DNA of 64,000 nucleotides from Eledone cirrhosa (Eukaryota): NCBI GenBank assembly GCA_964016885.1, contig OZ024741.1, positions 297,786,001 to 297,850,000 of the forward strand, read 5' to 3'. Shown piece by piece: positions 50,635 to 64,000 of this stretch (position 1 is its first letter; each line of letters starts with the position of its first letter). The notes under the pieces were generated by a model. It saw only the letters and a program-made list of their open reading frames with translations, ran no database searches and was not told where the DNA came from. The position numbers and the translations under genes were made by a program.

Positions 50635-51534
50635 GAACAAATAAAACAAAACAAACACAAGGATGCCAAAATACTAAGTCTTATTAGGTTCACGATTAGA
50701 GGAAGTGGAGGAGGGTTTTATGTTTCGGAAAGAAGTCCTTTGTCAGGAAAATTCGTATAGGGAGAAAACAGGTATGTACATGAAAGTTGTTACATGAAAG
50801 TTAGGAAAAGATATAGGTACATGAAAGTTAGGAAAAGATTGTTATATATATAAAGGAGCTAAAGTTCCAAACAAATCGATGACTATATGTAAAAAGTAAG
50901 AGTGGAAAAGCACAGAAGTATATTTAAAGATTCGTGTTTTTATTAATCCGACGGAATATGCTTGTTACATTAAATGAATTTAAGTTTCATCAAATATTAC
51001 CGGTATCGATTGATATGTCTGTCTTACCAAATATTTAAAAAGTCTGTGGGTAGTTAGAACATATGTCCATAGAATATGAAAACAAACTTTTAAAAAAGTT
51101 GGTAAGATATTTGTGACTGCCTGGACAAACCTGGCACAACCTGGCACTCCGAGCTTATCACTTATAAAACTTTCCCTTCTATAATATCTATCTAGCACCC
51201 AAAAGATATTTTAGGTAAATATCCCGCTATATCTCACTAGCCCGCATAATAGATTCCACAAGTTCCTTTTATTTTGCACAAGTATAAATAAGAGTTACAT
51301 AGCAGAGTGGACGGGAAAGAACTTTGCAACACCCCAAGCACTCGCCCATGACCGCCAGAGATGGAGGCAGTTGCTGCAGTGTCCCAACGACTCCGAAAAG
51401 TATCACGGGACTATGATGATGATGAAATAAGAGTTATCCCCCTTATCTAACTTATAATCAAACACCCCTAGTTATCTCCCTTTCCATAAGAGCTCTCTAG
51501 TAGAAATGTAATCCTCACCTCCATGACAAATATA

Positions 51535-51589
51535 TCGAACTGATGAGCTGCCGAAATAACAACTTCCCCAGCGAAACTCGCTTATTCGA
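51535..51589 (+). ncRNA. Hammerhead ribozyme motif (helix III degenerate)
   Basis: UCGAA-CUGAUGA-GCUG(loop)CAGC-GAAAC-UCGC-UUA|UUCGA. Confidence 0.7.
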
Positions 51590-52228
51590 CAGATACAAAT
51601 GCTGTAAATTTAACCAAATTTTGTATATTACAACTCGTCCTTCATGCTGAGTTCTCTGCTAATGTGGGATTTAACAGTTTTTACGAAATTCACTATATAA
51701 AGGGTAAAGACCCTTCTCTTCAGTCACAAATTACCATGAGATTTACAAATAGAAAGTTCCCATCTGAGGCACAAGTCAGGATAAGGTCGTTTGTAAAAGA
51801 CCAGCAGTCACCCATGCATCTCCCTTCTCCACCAATGTTATTCAGGGGAGAGGCAATGGCCGATACAGCTTGGCACCATTGACGTCGCAACTCATTTCTA
51901 TAACTGAGTAAACTGAATGAATATGAAATAAAGTGTTTTGCTCAAAGGCACAATGCATCACCCGATTACAAACCTAGTGCTCTAACCATTAAGCCATGCG
52001 TCTTCAATACACACACACACACATATATGTGTGTATATATATATATATATATTTACCAGAATCTGAAACCGCAACAACCCTTCGGTGGGAGGTATATCAA
52101 TAACCCAGAAGAAAAACAAAGCATTGGATAACTGTTAGATAAAGACATTTGGATGCCTTTAAAATGTACATAACGAGTGTGGTGTAATAAATTGAAGTTT
52201 AATATGTGAAACTGCCTCTCTTCTTCTT

Positions 52229-52259
<31 letters not shown>

Positions 52260-52357
52260 GTGTGTGTGTGTGTTTGTGTGTGTGGGTATGCGTGTATGTA
52301 TGTATGGACGGCAGTCGGCAAATTGGCAAGTCATTAGAACGCAGATCCAGACACACA

Positions 52358-52426
<69 letters not shown>

Positions 52427-52448
52427 CAGACAGACTTTCAGACAAACA

Positions 52449-52508
<60 letters not shown>

Positions 52509-52937
52509 TAAATGCATTTGTTTGTGTGTGTGTGCATATGCGTATGGATAGATAGATAAAAAGTTAGATAAAAAGAGAGATAGATAGATAGATAGATAGA
52601 TATACCAACTTTACCCTTTCATAAAACTCCTGAACTTTCCACTCATCTTTTACTATTTCCTGTCATTATCTATTTTATTATTACTTACTCTGCCCATTGC
52701 TGCACAGAACATTTCAGACGTTCTCTCCTTCACACACACACGCGCGCGCGCACTGTCAAACACACAGCATACACACACAAACACACACACAAACACACAC
52801 ACATACACAATCAAACACACTCAAACACACTACAAACACGCGCACATATGCACACACAAATCGAGAAAGATAGAGAATGGAATAAAGAAAGAAGAAACAA
52901 ATATAGAAAGAAAAAACAAGAAAAAAACAATGAAGTA

Positions 52938-52973
<36 letters not shown>

Positions 52974-53431
52974 GAGGAAAGAAAGAGAAATGGAAACAAC
53001 GAACAAAGAAATAAAGGGCGAAAAAAATATTAAATAATAACTGTGTGTGTTTATTTAAAGGAATGATCGTAGCATGATCGAATGGATAAGAGGTTAGATT
53101 CGTAATCATAAGAGTAGGGTTCGATCCCACAGCGCAGTATCTTGGGCAAGTACTATTTACTATAGCTTCGGGCTGGGCTATGCCTTGTGAATGAAATTGG
53201 GTAGATAGTGAAATTGGAAGCCCGTCGGATGGACTGAACCTGTAATATAAAGGATCAGCCTTGACATGGACTGTGTCCAGTTGAATCTCTCCGAGTATTG
53301 CCTTAAGGAGATATAAGTGTCAGTGGAATGCTCAGCCACTTACACATTAATTTCAGGAGCGGGCAGTTCCGAACAACTGGATCACTCATCGTCGAAAAAC
53401 GGCGAAGGTTCATTCCATTATTTAAAGGAAA

Positions 53432-53650
53432 GGGCGTTGGATTGGCAGTATCAGGAGAACGTCGGACAATATGCTTTGTGGCACAGAGTTACGGCTCTTT
53501 ACGCTCTGCGTTCAAATCGCGCCGAGGTTAGTTTTAACTTTCATCCTTACAGGGTCGATAACATAAAGCACCAGTAATGCATTGGGGTCGATTTAATCAA
53601 CTTTCCTCTCCCCAAAAATTGTTGGCCTTGTGCCTAAATCAGAAATCATT
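53432..53650 (+). mobile_element. Full-length SINE family A
   Basis: Head, gcgttcaaatc B-box-like motif, core and tail. Confidence 0.85.
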
Positions 53651-54034
53651 ATATAAAGGAAGAGTGTTGATGTGGTTAACTATGAAAACTGAAAGATCGA
53701 TTGATTCGGAACACCTCCATGAATGATATCATCAGAAGGTGCGTTGACGTGGCCGGTTTACCGTCAAAACTGGAACCGGCCATTCCCGGCCGTGTTGACG
53801 GCAAGCGCCCAAACTAGATAACATACAAATTGATTTGAGTTGTAACAAGTAGGAACCGAACTATTGGAAAACACTCAGAGATAAAGGTGAGATTGAGTGG
53901 TGGAGAGATTTTGGTATCAAGTCAAGAAAGGAGCAAAGTAGACATGGAAATTATAGAATAGGATAAAATGTTAGAGTAGTAAGAGTGAGAAAGAGTGAAA
54001 TAATAGAACGAGATCGGAATGAGATAGAGAATGA

Positions 54035-54635
<601 letters not shown>

Positions 54636-54817
54636 AGCATAAATAATTTAGAGTGGTGGAGAGGAAAGACAGGAAAAGAAGTGAGGAGAAAGGAAGAGTT
54701 TGAGAGAGTGTGAAAGAGAAAGATAGATAGATGTAAAGAAAAGGGGAGAGAGTAAGAGTGATAGGCAGAAGAGGCGGGGAAATAAAGCTAGAGATGAAGT
54801 GGGGAGGATGAAACATT

Positions 54818-55240
54818 ACACACACATACTTTAACCTTATACACACACATATACACACACACAAACTCACTCACACACACTTACACACTCACACACACAC
54901 ACTCACACACATACACACAAACTCACTCACACACACAAACACACTCACGCACACACACACAAACACACTCACGTACACACACAAACACTCACGCACACGC
55001 ACACAAACTCACATACTCACACACACACAACCTCACGTGCACACACACACAACCTCACGTGCACACACACACAACCTCACGTGCACACACACACAAACAC
55101 ACTCACGTACACACACAAACACACGCACAAACACACACACACTCACACACACACACACAAACGCACGTACACACACAACACAAACACACTCACTCATACA
55201 CGCAAACACACTCACGTACACACACACACAAACTCACATA

Positions 55241-55287
<47 letters not shown>

Positions 55288-55440
55288 CCTCACGTACACA
55301 CACAGCACAAACACACTCACTCATACACACACAAACACACTCACGTACACACACAAACACACACACAAACACTCACGCACACACACACAAACTCACGTAC
55401 ACACACAAACTCACACACACACACACTCACACGCGCGCGT
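54818..55440. repeat. Degenerate (CA)n array
   Basis: Direct reading. Confidence 0.9.
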
Positions 55441-55703
55441 GCGTACAAAATGAGGCTTCTCCCTCTCTCATCCTCACACATAATGAAACATTTTACACAC
55501 ACACACAGAAGGAAGTTTACACATACAGACACACACTCTCCCACCCTCTCTTTCGAGCGCACACATAATGAAACCTGATGTACACGCACTACACATATAC
55601 ACACACATACACACACAGCTACCTCTCCATCACTTTCCCACAGTTTCACTTCGCATCCAAACCCTAACCTATTACGAACGACCAAGAGCCGAGATTTTCA
55701 CCT

Positions 55704-55727
55704 CTACTACTACTGCTGCTACTACTA

Positions 55728-55805
<78 letters not shown>

Positions 55806-55860
55806 CTACTACTACTACTATAGCATCATTGTCATCATCATCATCATTATCATCACCATC
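55704..55860. repeat. (CTA)n/(CTG)n/(TCA)n trinucleotide repeats
   Basis: Direct reading. Confidence 0.9.
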
Positions 55861-56506
55861 GTCTTAATATTACATTTTGGATAATTTTTTCTTCGACTTC
55901 GGAATTGTTCTGCCATCATCTAATACAGTAAGTATCGTTATTGTTATTATTGTTCCAACCTTTTTATGTTCCAAGTTCAAACCCCACCGGGGTCAGTTTT
56001 GCTTTTTCATCCTTTCGGGATCCACAAAGTACCAGTCAAGTACTACTAAGGTTGATGTGATCGACTGTAACCTTCCTCTAAATTGCTGGCTTTGTGCCTA
56101 CATTTGAAATAATTATTACTATTATAATTGAGGGTAGTGGGTTGGTATAATCGCTAGAGCATCTTCTTTTTCTTCTTCTTTGCCTTTTAATCATTATTCC
56201 ATTCGCAATTTTTTTAATATATTTGTTTGTATTAATTCAACTGTTGACATTCAAAGCTATACACGGACTTTTCCCTCAGTACATTGGTTAATTGCTTTGT
56301 GGAAGCATGTCAACAATGTTTGGAAATTAAGTTAACTTAGAATTAATGCCCTGGAAACAAAGAAAAAGTGGACAGCCTCAATTGTGGGACTCGAACTCAC
56401 ATCTGCCATATATCCTGCTGGTGTACTACCATTACATCAAAGTAAAGCTGGCCACTTTTGTCGTTTTTTTAAAACCTTTTTATCAATCAAACAGAAGCGT
56501 AAATAA

Positions 56507-56774
56507 ACAATCTATGTTTAGAAACGTTGGGCGAGTTATAGGTTTTTGAAAATTAAAATAACGACTACAAAGCACGTTTTTGACTCTGAAAAATAGTCAA
56601 ATAAGTTGGGCATGAAATCCGAAGGAGACGGCGCTGTCCACTTTTTCCATCGACAAATGCCCAACTTATTAAACTGTTTTTCATTGTCAAAAGCGTGCGC
56701 TGTAGCCGTTAACTCTAAGTTAACTTCATTTGCAAACATTCCTAACTCGCTCAACGTTTCTGAAAATAGATTGT
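56507..56774. mobile_element. MITE-like fold-back element
   Basis: TIRs acaatctatgtttagaaacgttgggcgagtta / taactcgctcaacgtttctgaaaatagattgt; inner inverted repeat aataagttgggcat / atgcccaacttatt. Confidence 0.7.
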
Positions 56775-58369
56775 AAACAATATATTTAAGATAAAGAGGG
56801 AATGGACTTCTGATGGTACCAAGTACGAGAATAAAGAGCTGTGATAATCAAGATTTCTGCAAGTTAGCTCCAGCTATCTGAAATGGGATCCCCTCTGTCT
56901 GTACAAACTGAACCATCTGGGTCGGCTTCCAGATTCAATCTGAAGACTTATCTTTTCAAGAAATAAATCGACGATGACGTTACGTGAACTTAGTTTCATA
57001 TTCAGATGGAACTGAAAAGTTTATATCAATATTTTTGTTTCGCATTCTGTATTGAAATAATACCAGTAGAAGACCTTAGTGTTAAATCCCTGTTACTCAT
57101 AGCGAAAACCCGGGACGTTGTGGTTAGGATGTAAAGTTCACGATCGTATGGTCGTGAGCTCGATTCCCTGTGGCACATTGTACTCTTGAGCAAGATACTT
57201 TATTTCACGTTGTTACAATCTGCTGGCAAAAACTAGTTGTATCTTTATCACATTCTGTCAGACCGAATCTTCTTGAAAACTACGTCTATGTGAAATGTTC
57301 ACCCACGTGCATTTTAATTTCACGAGCAGGCTGATCTATTGTTCGAACAATTGGAATACTCGTCGTCCTAAAACAACTGAGGTCCAACACAATACTCGTT
57401 ATCAGTCAACACTTGCTACCAGGCACCCGTATAATTACCGATGATTTGGCTTCCTATAATTCTTTGTCCATTTACTGAATTTTGACCATGCTTGGATTCG
57501 CACACAAATACATTGAATGGATATGGTCAATTGCCAAACTTAAGGGCTGTCCCGGACAGAACACACTTTAGCTGCGTTACAGAATGTGAAGGACATGTAA
57601 TAACTTATTCAATGCGTGTGCTGGAGTTTATTTGTCGACGAATGAAGAATGCTTTTATCGACCTTATTTTCACCATAAGATATTGGTACAATGTATGAAG
57701 ATTAGGCGGCGAATTGGCAGATCGGAGGGAATGCGTTGCGGTATTAGTTCCAGCTTTCTGCTCTCTGAGTTCAAACCCCATCGAGGTCAACTTTGCCTTT
57801 CATCGTTTCAAGGTCGATGAAAAATGTGCCAGTCTAGTATTGGGTCAATTCTGCTTCTATATCTCTTTCTGGCTTCCTTTCATTCACTTTCTATCCTTCT
57901 CTGGAAGAAATCTGCTGCGTTCAGGCCTGGAGAGGAAATGGTTTAATAATGCCGTAGAAATGCCACCCATACGAATCAATCAGGAGTTACGGGACTCTAA
58001 AAAAATGAATAAGATTAAAATGCGTATTGTATTGTGCACTGTGTAAGCTGATTAAAATGTATTTTGTGTAGTGTATTTAGGCTACGAGTTTTAGCAAATT
58101 GAGTGACCACATAGAGGCTTCATAGAAATTATTACAGGGAACAAAAAAAATTCAGTAAGTATATTGAGGCTAATGTTACTATATCTATTATATGTAACTA
58201 AAACACTTACCAGCTTACTCCACTCCCAACAATACATAAGTGACTCATACCACCTTTAACACAAACCACTGTAACTCCACCGCATATAAATTCTAATCAA
58301 ATTTCCCTCAAATTACACTCAACATTCTTACAGTAGGAATAGATAAAGAGTTCTCTCTCCCTCTCTCGC

Positions 58370-58505
<136 letters not shown>

Positions 58506-58571
58506 TATATGCATATATGTAAATATAACTGTATATACATATACATATATATACATATAAATATACATACA

Positions 58572-58602
<31 letters not shown>

Positions 58603-58684
58603 CCATATATATGTGTGTGTGTGTGTGTAATTACAAGCGTTTTTTTTTTTTTTACTGTTCAGGTTAGTAAGAAAACTAAGAAGC

Positions 58685-58750
58685 ATGAAGTGTTGGAGAA
58701 CATTGTGTTTCTTCATGTTATTGATGACGATGGCAACTGCTGATGATCAG
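58685..58750 (+). CDS. First coding exon of a probable secreted protein (signal peptide); exon starts 58663
   Basis: Poly-T acceptor ...actgttcag|, [22 protein letters not shown] (basic n-region, hydrophobic core, A-X-A site), donor cag|gtaagc. Confidence 0.7.
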
Positions 58751-59073
58751 GTAAGCATTTCGTTTATCTTACTAACACCATATACCGGGGCTTGTCTGGC
58801 TGCTTACTCTTCGCACTGGTCGCGGTCGAGACCTCGAGTGTCCTTGGACCTCATACAGCCGAACTCCTCCCTAAAATCGGAACGTCAGCAGCCCGTCTCA
58901 GGGGTGGTGGAAACATTTCTAAATTTCGATAATTTAGTTTCAGTGATTAATTTAGCTCTTTGCACTCTAAAATGGTCAGAAAACTTCGATATGCGATAAA
59001 CATAACATGTATATAAATTGTAGCGCATTTACAAATGGATGTGTGTTTTGGTAGTTAGAATTTATTCACCTCC

Positions 59074-59119
<46 letters not shown>

Positions 59120-59836
59120 CATACATTCATTTATTATGGCTATTGGTGAGCTTTGTTAATCTAACGTTTCGCTTGCGCACTCACAGGATCACCAGTCTTG
59201 TCTGGTGAGTACGCAGGTGAGACTCCAGAGTATTTAAACTCTACTTTGGTATTGAGTTTTCATTCTTACGTCCGTCAATAATTCATGAATTCTCACGTCT
59301 TGAATAATTGTCCCCACCCTCCACCCCCCATGGATTTTATAACATCCCCACCTGCTTAAATTTTACTAATAGATCTCCGGCGAAATTTTATTGTAAGTGA
59401 TTCATATTAATACAACAGTTGGAGAATCTAATAATAATTTTATTTTACATTAAAAAAAACATTATATATGACAAAAGAACAGTGACACCAAACTCTCCTC
59501 CTCTCTATATGTCTATCACACAAAACTCTCTTTTAATCACTCTCTCTGTATCTACTAAAACCAAACTCTACCCCTTACTATATCTACCACGACACCGCCT
59601 CTCTTATCCCACTCTCTATATCTAAGACTAATACACTCTCTAATTCTCTATAAATATCTACATCTATCTCTCCCAATCCCCGTCTTTATATCAATCACCC
59701 CTAAACTCTCACCGTCTCTATATCTACTACACGGCACTCTCCCATTATTCCTCTCTGTATATCTACAACCTCCAAATTCTCCCCCTCTCTATAACTATTA
59801 CAGCCCCTCTCTCTACATCAATCAACACCAAACACT

Positions 59837-62670
59837 CCCCCTTCGACGACTTTTAGATCTACGCATCTCTCTGTCAGCCAAGGGTGGGGGTGGGGTTGTC
59901 GTTCTGATGCGAAAATACCTGGGTCTTGCCACGCAGAAGGTACACCTGCACCCGGAGGGTCGACTGGTGGTTTTAGACGTCGGCAGTGGTGAAGGTGGAG
60001 CTTTCAGGCTGGTGGCAGCGTATGCCCCATCTGGGACACCGCGACCGGACTTCTTCCGACGCCTGGAGAATTTCCTGGGAATATCTCGCTCCTTGCTTTT
60101 AGTGGGGGACTGGAATGGTATCCTGGATGCACGTTGGGACTATGTAGGGGCATGTCCCGGTAGAGGGGGGTGTAACAGCCTCAAACGATTAATCGACCGA
60201 TTTGATCTGGCCAATAGATATCGACTAGATTTTCTGACTGTGCCACGGTGGACGTAGAGTAATCTCAGCGGAACATCTAGGTCGTACCTAGATAGGTTCC
60301 TAGTTAGAAATAAGGATAGGGACATATTAAGCTGTTCACGAATGTTCATGGTTGACTATTCGGATCACAAGTTGGTGACCGGAGTGGTCAACCTTGATAG
60401 AACTCATAGACAGGGACCCGGTTACTAGAAGCTAAACTTGTCTTTACCGACAAACAAAGCTTACAGTAAGCGGATTAGCACACTAGTTAAGCAGCGTTTT
60501 ACGGGGGCAATTGTCAACAGTAGGTGGTGGGGCTCTCTCAAGAGAGAAATTAGAATAGAATCGATAGGTTTTAGTCGGGAATTAGCATCAGATAGGAATA
60601 GAACTGAAAGGGAATTAACAAATAGAGTAGAAGAGGCGATTAGGAGTGGCAACGTGGCCGGCGTGCTGGCGTCAAGAACGGCCCTAGACCAGTTCTTTGA
60701 TGCGAAGCACGAGGGCTGCGTTGTCAGGAGTAAAATACGTGCTCTGGGTAACGAGGGAGCCAAAGCTGTTAGCTGGGCCCGAGTGACAGAGGCAAAAAGT
60801 AGAAACAAGTCCACGATTCGGTCTTTGAAGGACCAGGATGGACGCGTGACTCTTGAACCTGAGCGGATGAGCGCGGCCTTTCAACGGCGCTTTGCACGAC
60901 TGTTCGGGAGGGACGGCGGGCCGGGTGGGGCCATGGATTTCGGTCCATACCTCGACGGTCTGGCGCGGCTCTCGGACGAGGAGGCAAAGTCCTGCGAGAG
61001 GCTGATTTCAGCCGCTGAAATAGGGGAAGCGCTGAGCCAATGCGGCAAACGCAAATCTCCGGGTCTCGATGGTCTACCATACGAACTTTATGTAGCGATG
61101 CCGGGCTTGTTCTCCGGTCTCCTCGAGGCGGTCTACTGCAATTGGCAACAGAACAGGAGAATTCGCAGTTCTGTGACCAAGGGCGTAGTTACGCTGGTGA
61201 GGAAGGACGAGAACAAGGGGGATGACATAGATAACTTCAGGCCCATAACTCTGCTAAATACAGAGTTAAAGATTTTGGCCAAGGTGTTAGCGAAGAGGTT
61301 GGCGCTTGTCGTCGGGAACCTGGTGGGAGAAGCGCAGACATGCGCAATCCCGTCCAGGTCCATACACGACAACCTCCACTTCATGCGTAGAGAGGGTAGG
61401 GAACGAACCCGGCTTTGGTGGGGCCCTGATCAACTTGGATCAATCTAAGGCGTTCGATAGGGTTGACCATCGGTACCTGGATGCGGTGCTCGCGGCGGCA
61501 GGCTGCGGATCCGTTTTCAGGGGCTGGATTGCTGCGAGGGGTGGGGATGCCGTGGCTGACGATGCGTAGACACGCATTAAGGCTACGGCACCTCCAGGTA
61601 TTCTTCACCGGTCAGCCGGTGTGGGCCCTGTTTGTGAGGCGAGCCTTTCCGAGACTCGTCTCACTCACCGAGCTTCAATCCTGGGTCAAGCAAAGTCCGA
61701 GAAAAGTGGGCGACTGGCACATTGAATGTGCCCAGGCGCTCACGGCCCTCTGGCAAGTGGATCCGGCAATCAGTGGAGACGCAACCTCAACATTCTATAG
61801 AGGGTTGGTGCGCAGTAAGTGCGACGATGCTCTCGGAGAGGCTCTGGGCATGGAGGAAGACGAGCTGGCCAGTCCGTTCGGTAGGACGTTTGGCCCGGGG
61901 CCGATGGACAGCTTCCAAAAGTCCCTGGCTTGGCAATGTTACCGAGGAGCTCTACCCGTTCGGGACAAGCTCTACAGACACGGGCGCCCCGGTAGGGACC
62001 CCTCGAAGAAGATCTGTCCGAGATGCGTGCGTGACGAGGAAACCGTCGCACACGCATTCGTACACTGCCTGGGCGTTGCTGACCTGTGGGGCTATGTGGA
62101 ACGACTACTGTCGCGGGTGGGACCAATCCGGTTGACCACCGAGAACATTGTCACGATCAAACCGCCTACCCCTTTCAAAAACGAAGGAGAGGCGGTTTTC
62201 CTCTGTGTGATAGCCATGGCGAAAGAAGTTGTATGGTGGACAAGGTTGAAAGGGCTGAGGTCAGACACCTTTCTCTCCGGCCAACAACTGGTCTTTTTTT
62301 TCAAGTACCACTTTAGAAGAAGGATCAGAATGGAGAGAGAGGTGCTCTACCCCAGCAAGTTTTATGAAAGATGGGTGAAAGTAGCTAGAATGGCCCGAGT
62401 GAATGGGCCTTCTCTCTATATCAGCCTGTAGGTGAGAGAGGAGAAGAATGAGAAGAGGAGGGAAGCACCCGCTCTTTGTGCTCCTGAAGAGGAGGGTTGC
62501 ACTTTTTTTCGGGGGTGTGTGCGACCCATGTCAACGCCCCTCCCTATTGAGGACATCGATTGTTAAATTTAATTTGTTATATGTTTTTTACACGTCTTTT
62601 TAAATGCATGTAAACTCCCCCCTTTGTATTTGTCCAAATCTGTGATGCCCTGGTGGCAAATAAATAGAAA
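59837..62670 (+). mobile_element. 5'-truncated Tx1/L1-clade LINE related to 14377-20152, with internal RT deletion
   Basis: Colinear with copy 1 from the APE domain to the 3' UTR. At ~61535 it jumps from FRGWIAA to GMPWL, losing the YADD region. Confidence 0.93.
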
Positions 62671-63539
62671 TCTATATCAATAAGCTCTAAACTCTCCCCC
62701 TCTCTATATCTATATCTATCTCTCCCATCTCTCTACATACCATGTACATAAATTGTAGCGCATATACAAATAGATGTGTGTTTCGGTAGTTTGTGGAGAA
62801 AAATATAATTATTGGGGTGGAATGCTCCACTTCCCCCCAGTTCCGCCGCCCTTGCGTTTGAGGAAGGAGCCACGCGAGGTAGGGTGGCTGTTGGGCAGGT
62901 GTTGCTGGTCATTGTATCTGTGTGTATATCATGACTCATACACTGTTCACTTTCCTGGTATTTGTACATTATTCTGTGTACTTTACATACACCTTGATGA
63001 GTTGTAGTGCACCTGAGCACTGTACACAATAATTTCATTATTATTTTGTCGATAAAATAAAGTACCAGTAATGTACTGGTTAATTGCTGCCTAAAATAGA
63101 AACAATTATTATTTTTTAATCTTACAATCGTTGGATCCCCATTGTTTTCCACGACGAGTGCTCTAGTAGATGCAATTAATGGAACTGCCTGCTCGTGAAA
63201 GTCGCCGAGTATTCCGTGAACATGATCACCCTTAATGTAGTTCTCATAGAGATTCAGTGTAACTCAATATGTGACAAGGCTTACTCCTTGAATTAAAGGT
63301 ACAACTCATTCTTGTCAGCCGAGTGGTATCGAGCAACGTGAAATAAAGTATCTTGCCCAAGGACACAACGCATGCCCGGTCCGGAAATTGAACTTACAAC
63401 CTTACGTTTTCTGAATACTCTAACCACTATGACACACACCTTAGTCATATTACTAACATCATTACTATCAATTATACAAACTAGTTGTAGATTTTGTTAG
63501 TTTGGATAACTTGCCGAATAACATCTATTATATTAATTG

Positions 63540-63805
63540 TTTCCACTACTGGTACTTTATTTTATCGACCCCGTAAGGAGGAAAGGCAAAGTTAACCTCG
63601 GCGGGATTTGAACTCAGATCAATAAGGGGCGTAACTCTTTGCTACAAAGCATGGCGTCCGACCCTCTACCGATACTGCCAATCCACCGCCCTATAACATC
63701 TATTATATTAATTGTTTTTACTTTTGGCACAAGGTCAGCAATTACCCAGTACATTACTGGTACTTTATTTTATCGACCCCGTAAGGATGAAAGGCAAAGT
63801 CAAAA
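63540..63805 (-). mobile_element. Tandem SINE family A copies
   Basis: Two reverse-complement cores; ataacatctattatattaattgttt is duplicated at ~63518 and ~63693. Confidence 0.8.
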
Positions 63806-64000
63806 TGTCGGTGTTTCTGTGGTGTAAATTGCCTGTCTCGCTGTGGAAAGGGGATGGTAAAAGTGTATGGGAGAGCGCGCGCACGAGAGAGAGAGAGAGA
63901 GAATTATATTTACAAAAAATATTGTTTATCAGTTAAATATTCTATTTTCGTAGTTTCAATCATTTGTTAAATCGATTCTATTTCTTTTGTGGGGTCGTAT

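Noticed and set aside
56365-56450. Possible tRNA genes (also ~48900-48970)
   Set aside because: Only box-like fragments with no complete cloverleaf; more likely SINE heads or pseudogenes.

Overview
AT-rich, repeat-dense animal DNA. The SINE families and microsatellite load suggest a cephalopod, probably Octopus (inference). One plus-strand multi-exon gene can be assembled with consistent intron phases: exons ~12951-13053, 21536-21730, 25637-25829, tentative 27845-27930 and giant 34725-41968. It encodes about 2,600 aa: an N-terminal FAM216-like segment, then an acidic low-complexity tail with ~60 indel-free 60-bp repeats (20 aa, mostly carrying S-P-R-K). A second gene starts with a signal-peptide exon at 58663-58750. 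The rest is transposon-derived: two Tx1/L1-clade LINEs sitting in TC/TCTA microsatellites, RTE LINEs and non-autonomous RTE derivatives, Penelope, Vingi and CRE fragments, Helitrons, pogo/mariner relics, MITEs and many tRNA-SINEs. The most unusual signal is a dense, diverse set of type I minimal hammerhead ribozyme (HHR) motifs. One lies in the Penelope pseudo-LTR, one in a palindromic element with a tRNA-like head, and others in short non-coding families. Several long palindromes have arms starting at or in the HHR. All calls were made by eye, with no database searches or folding computations.
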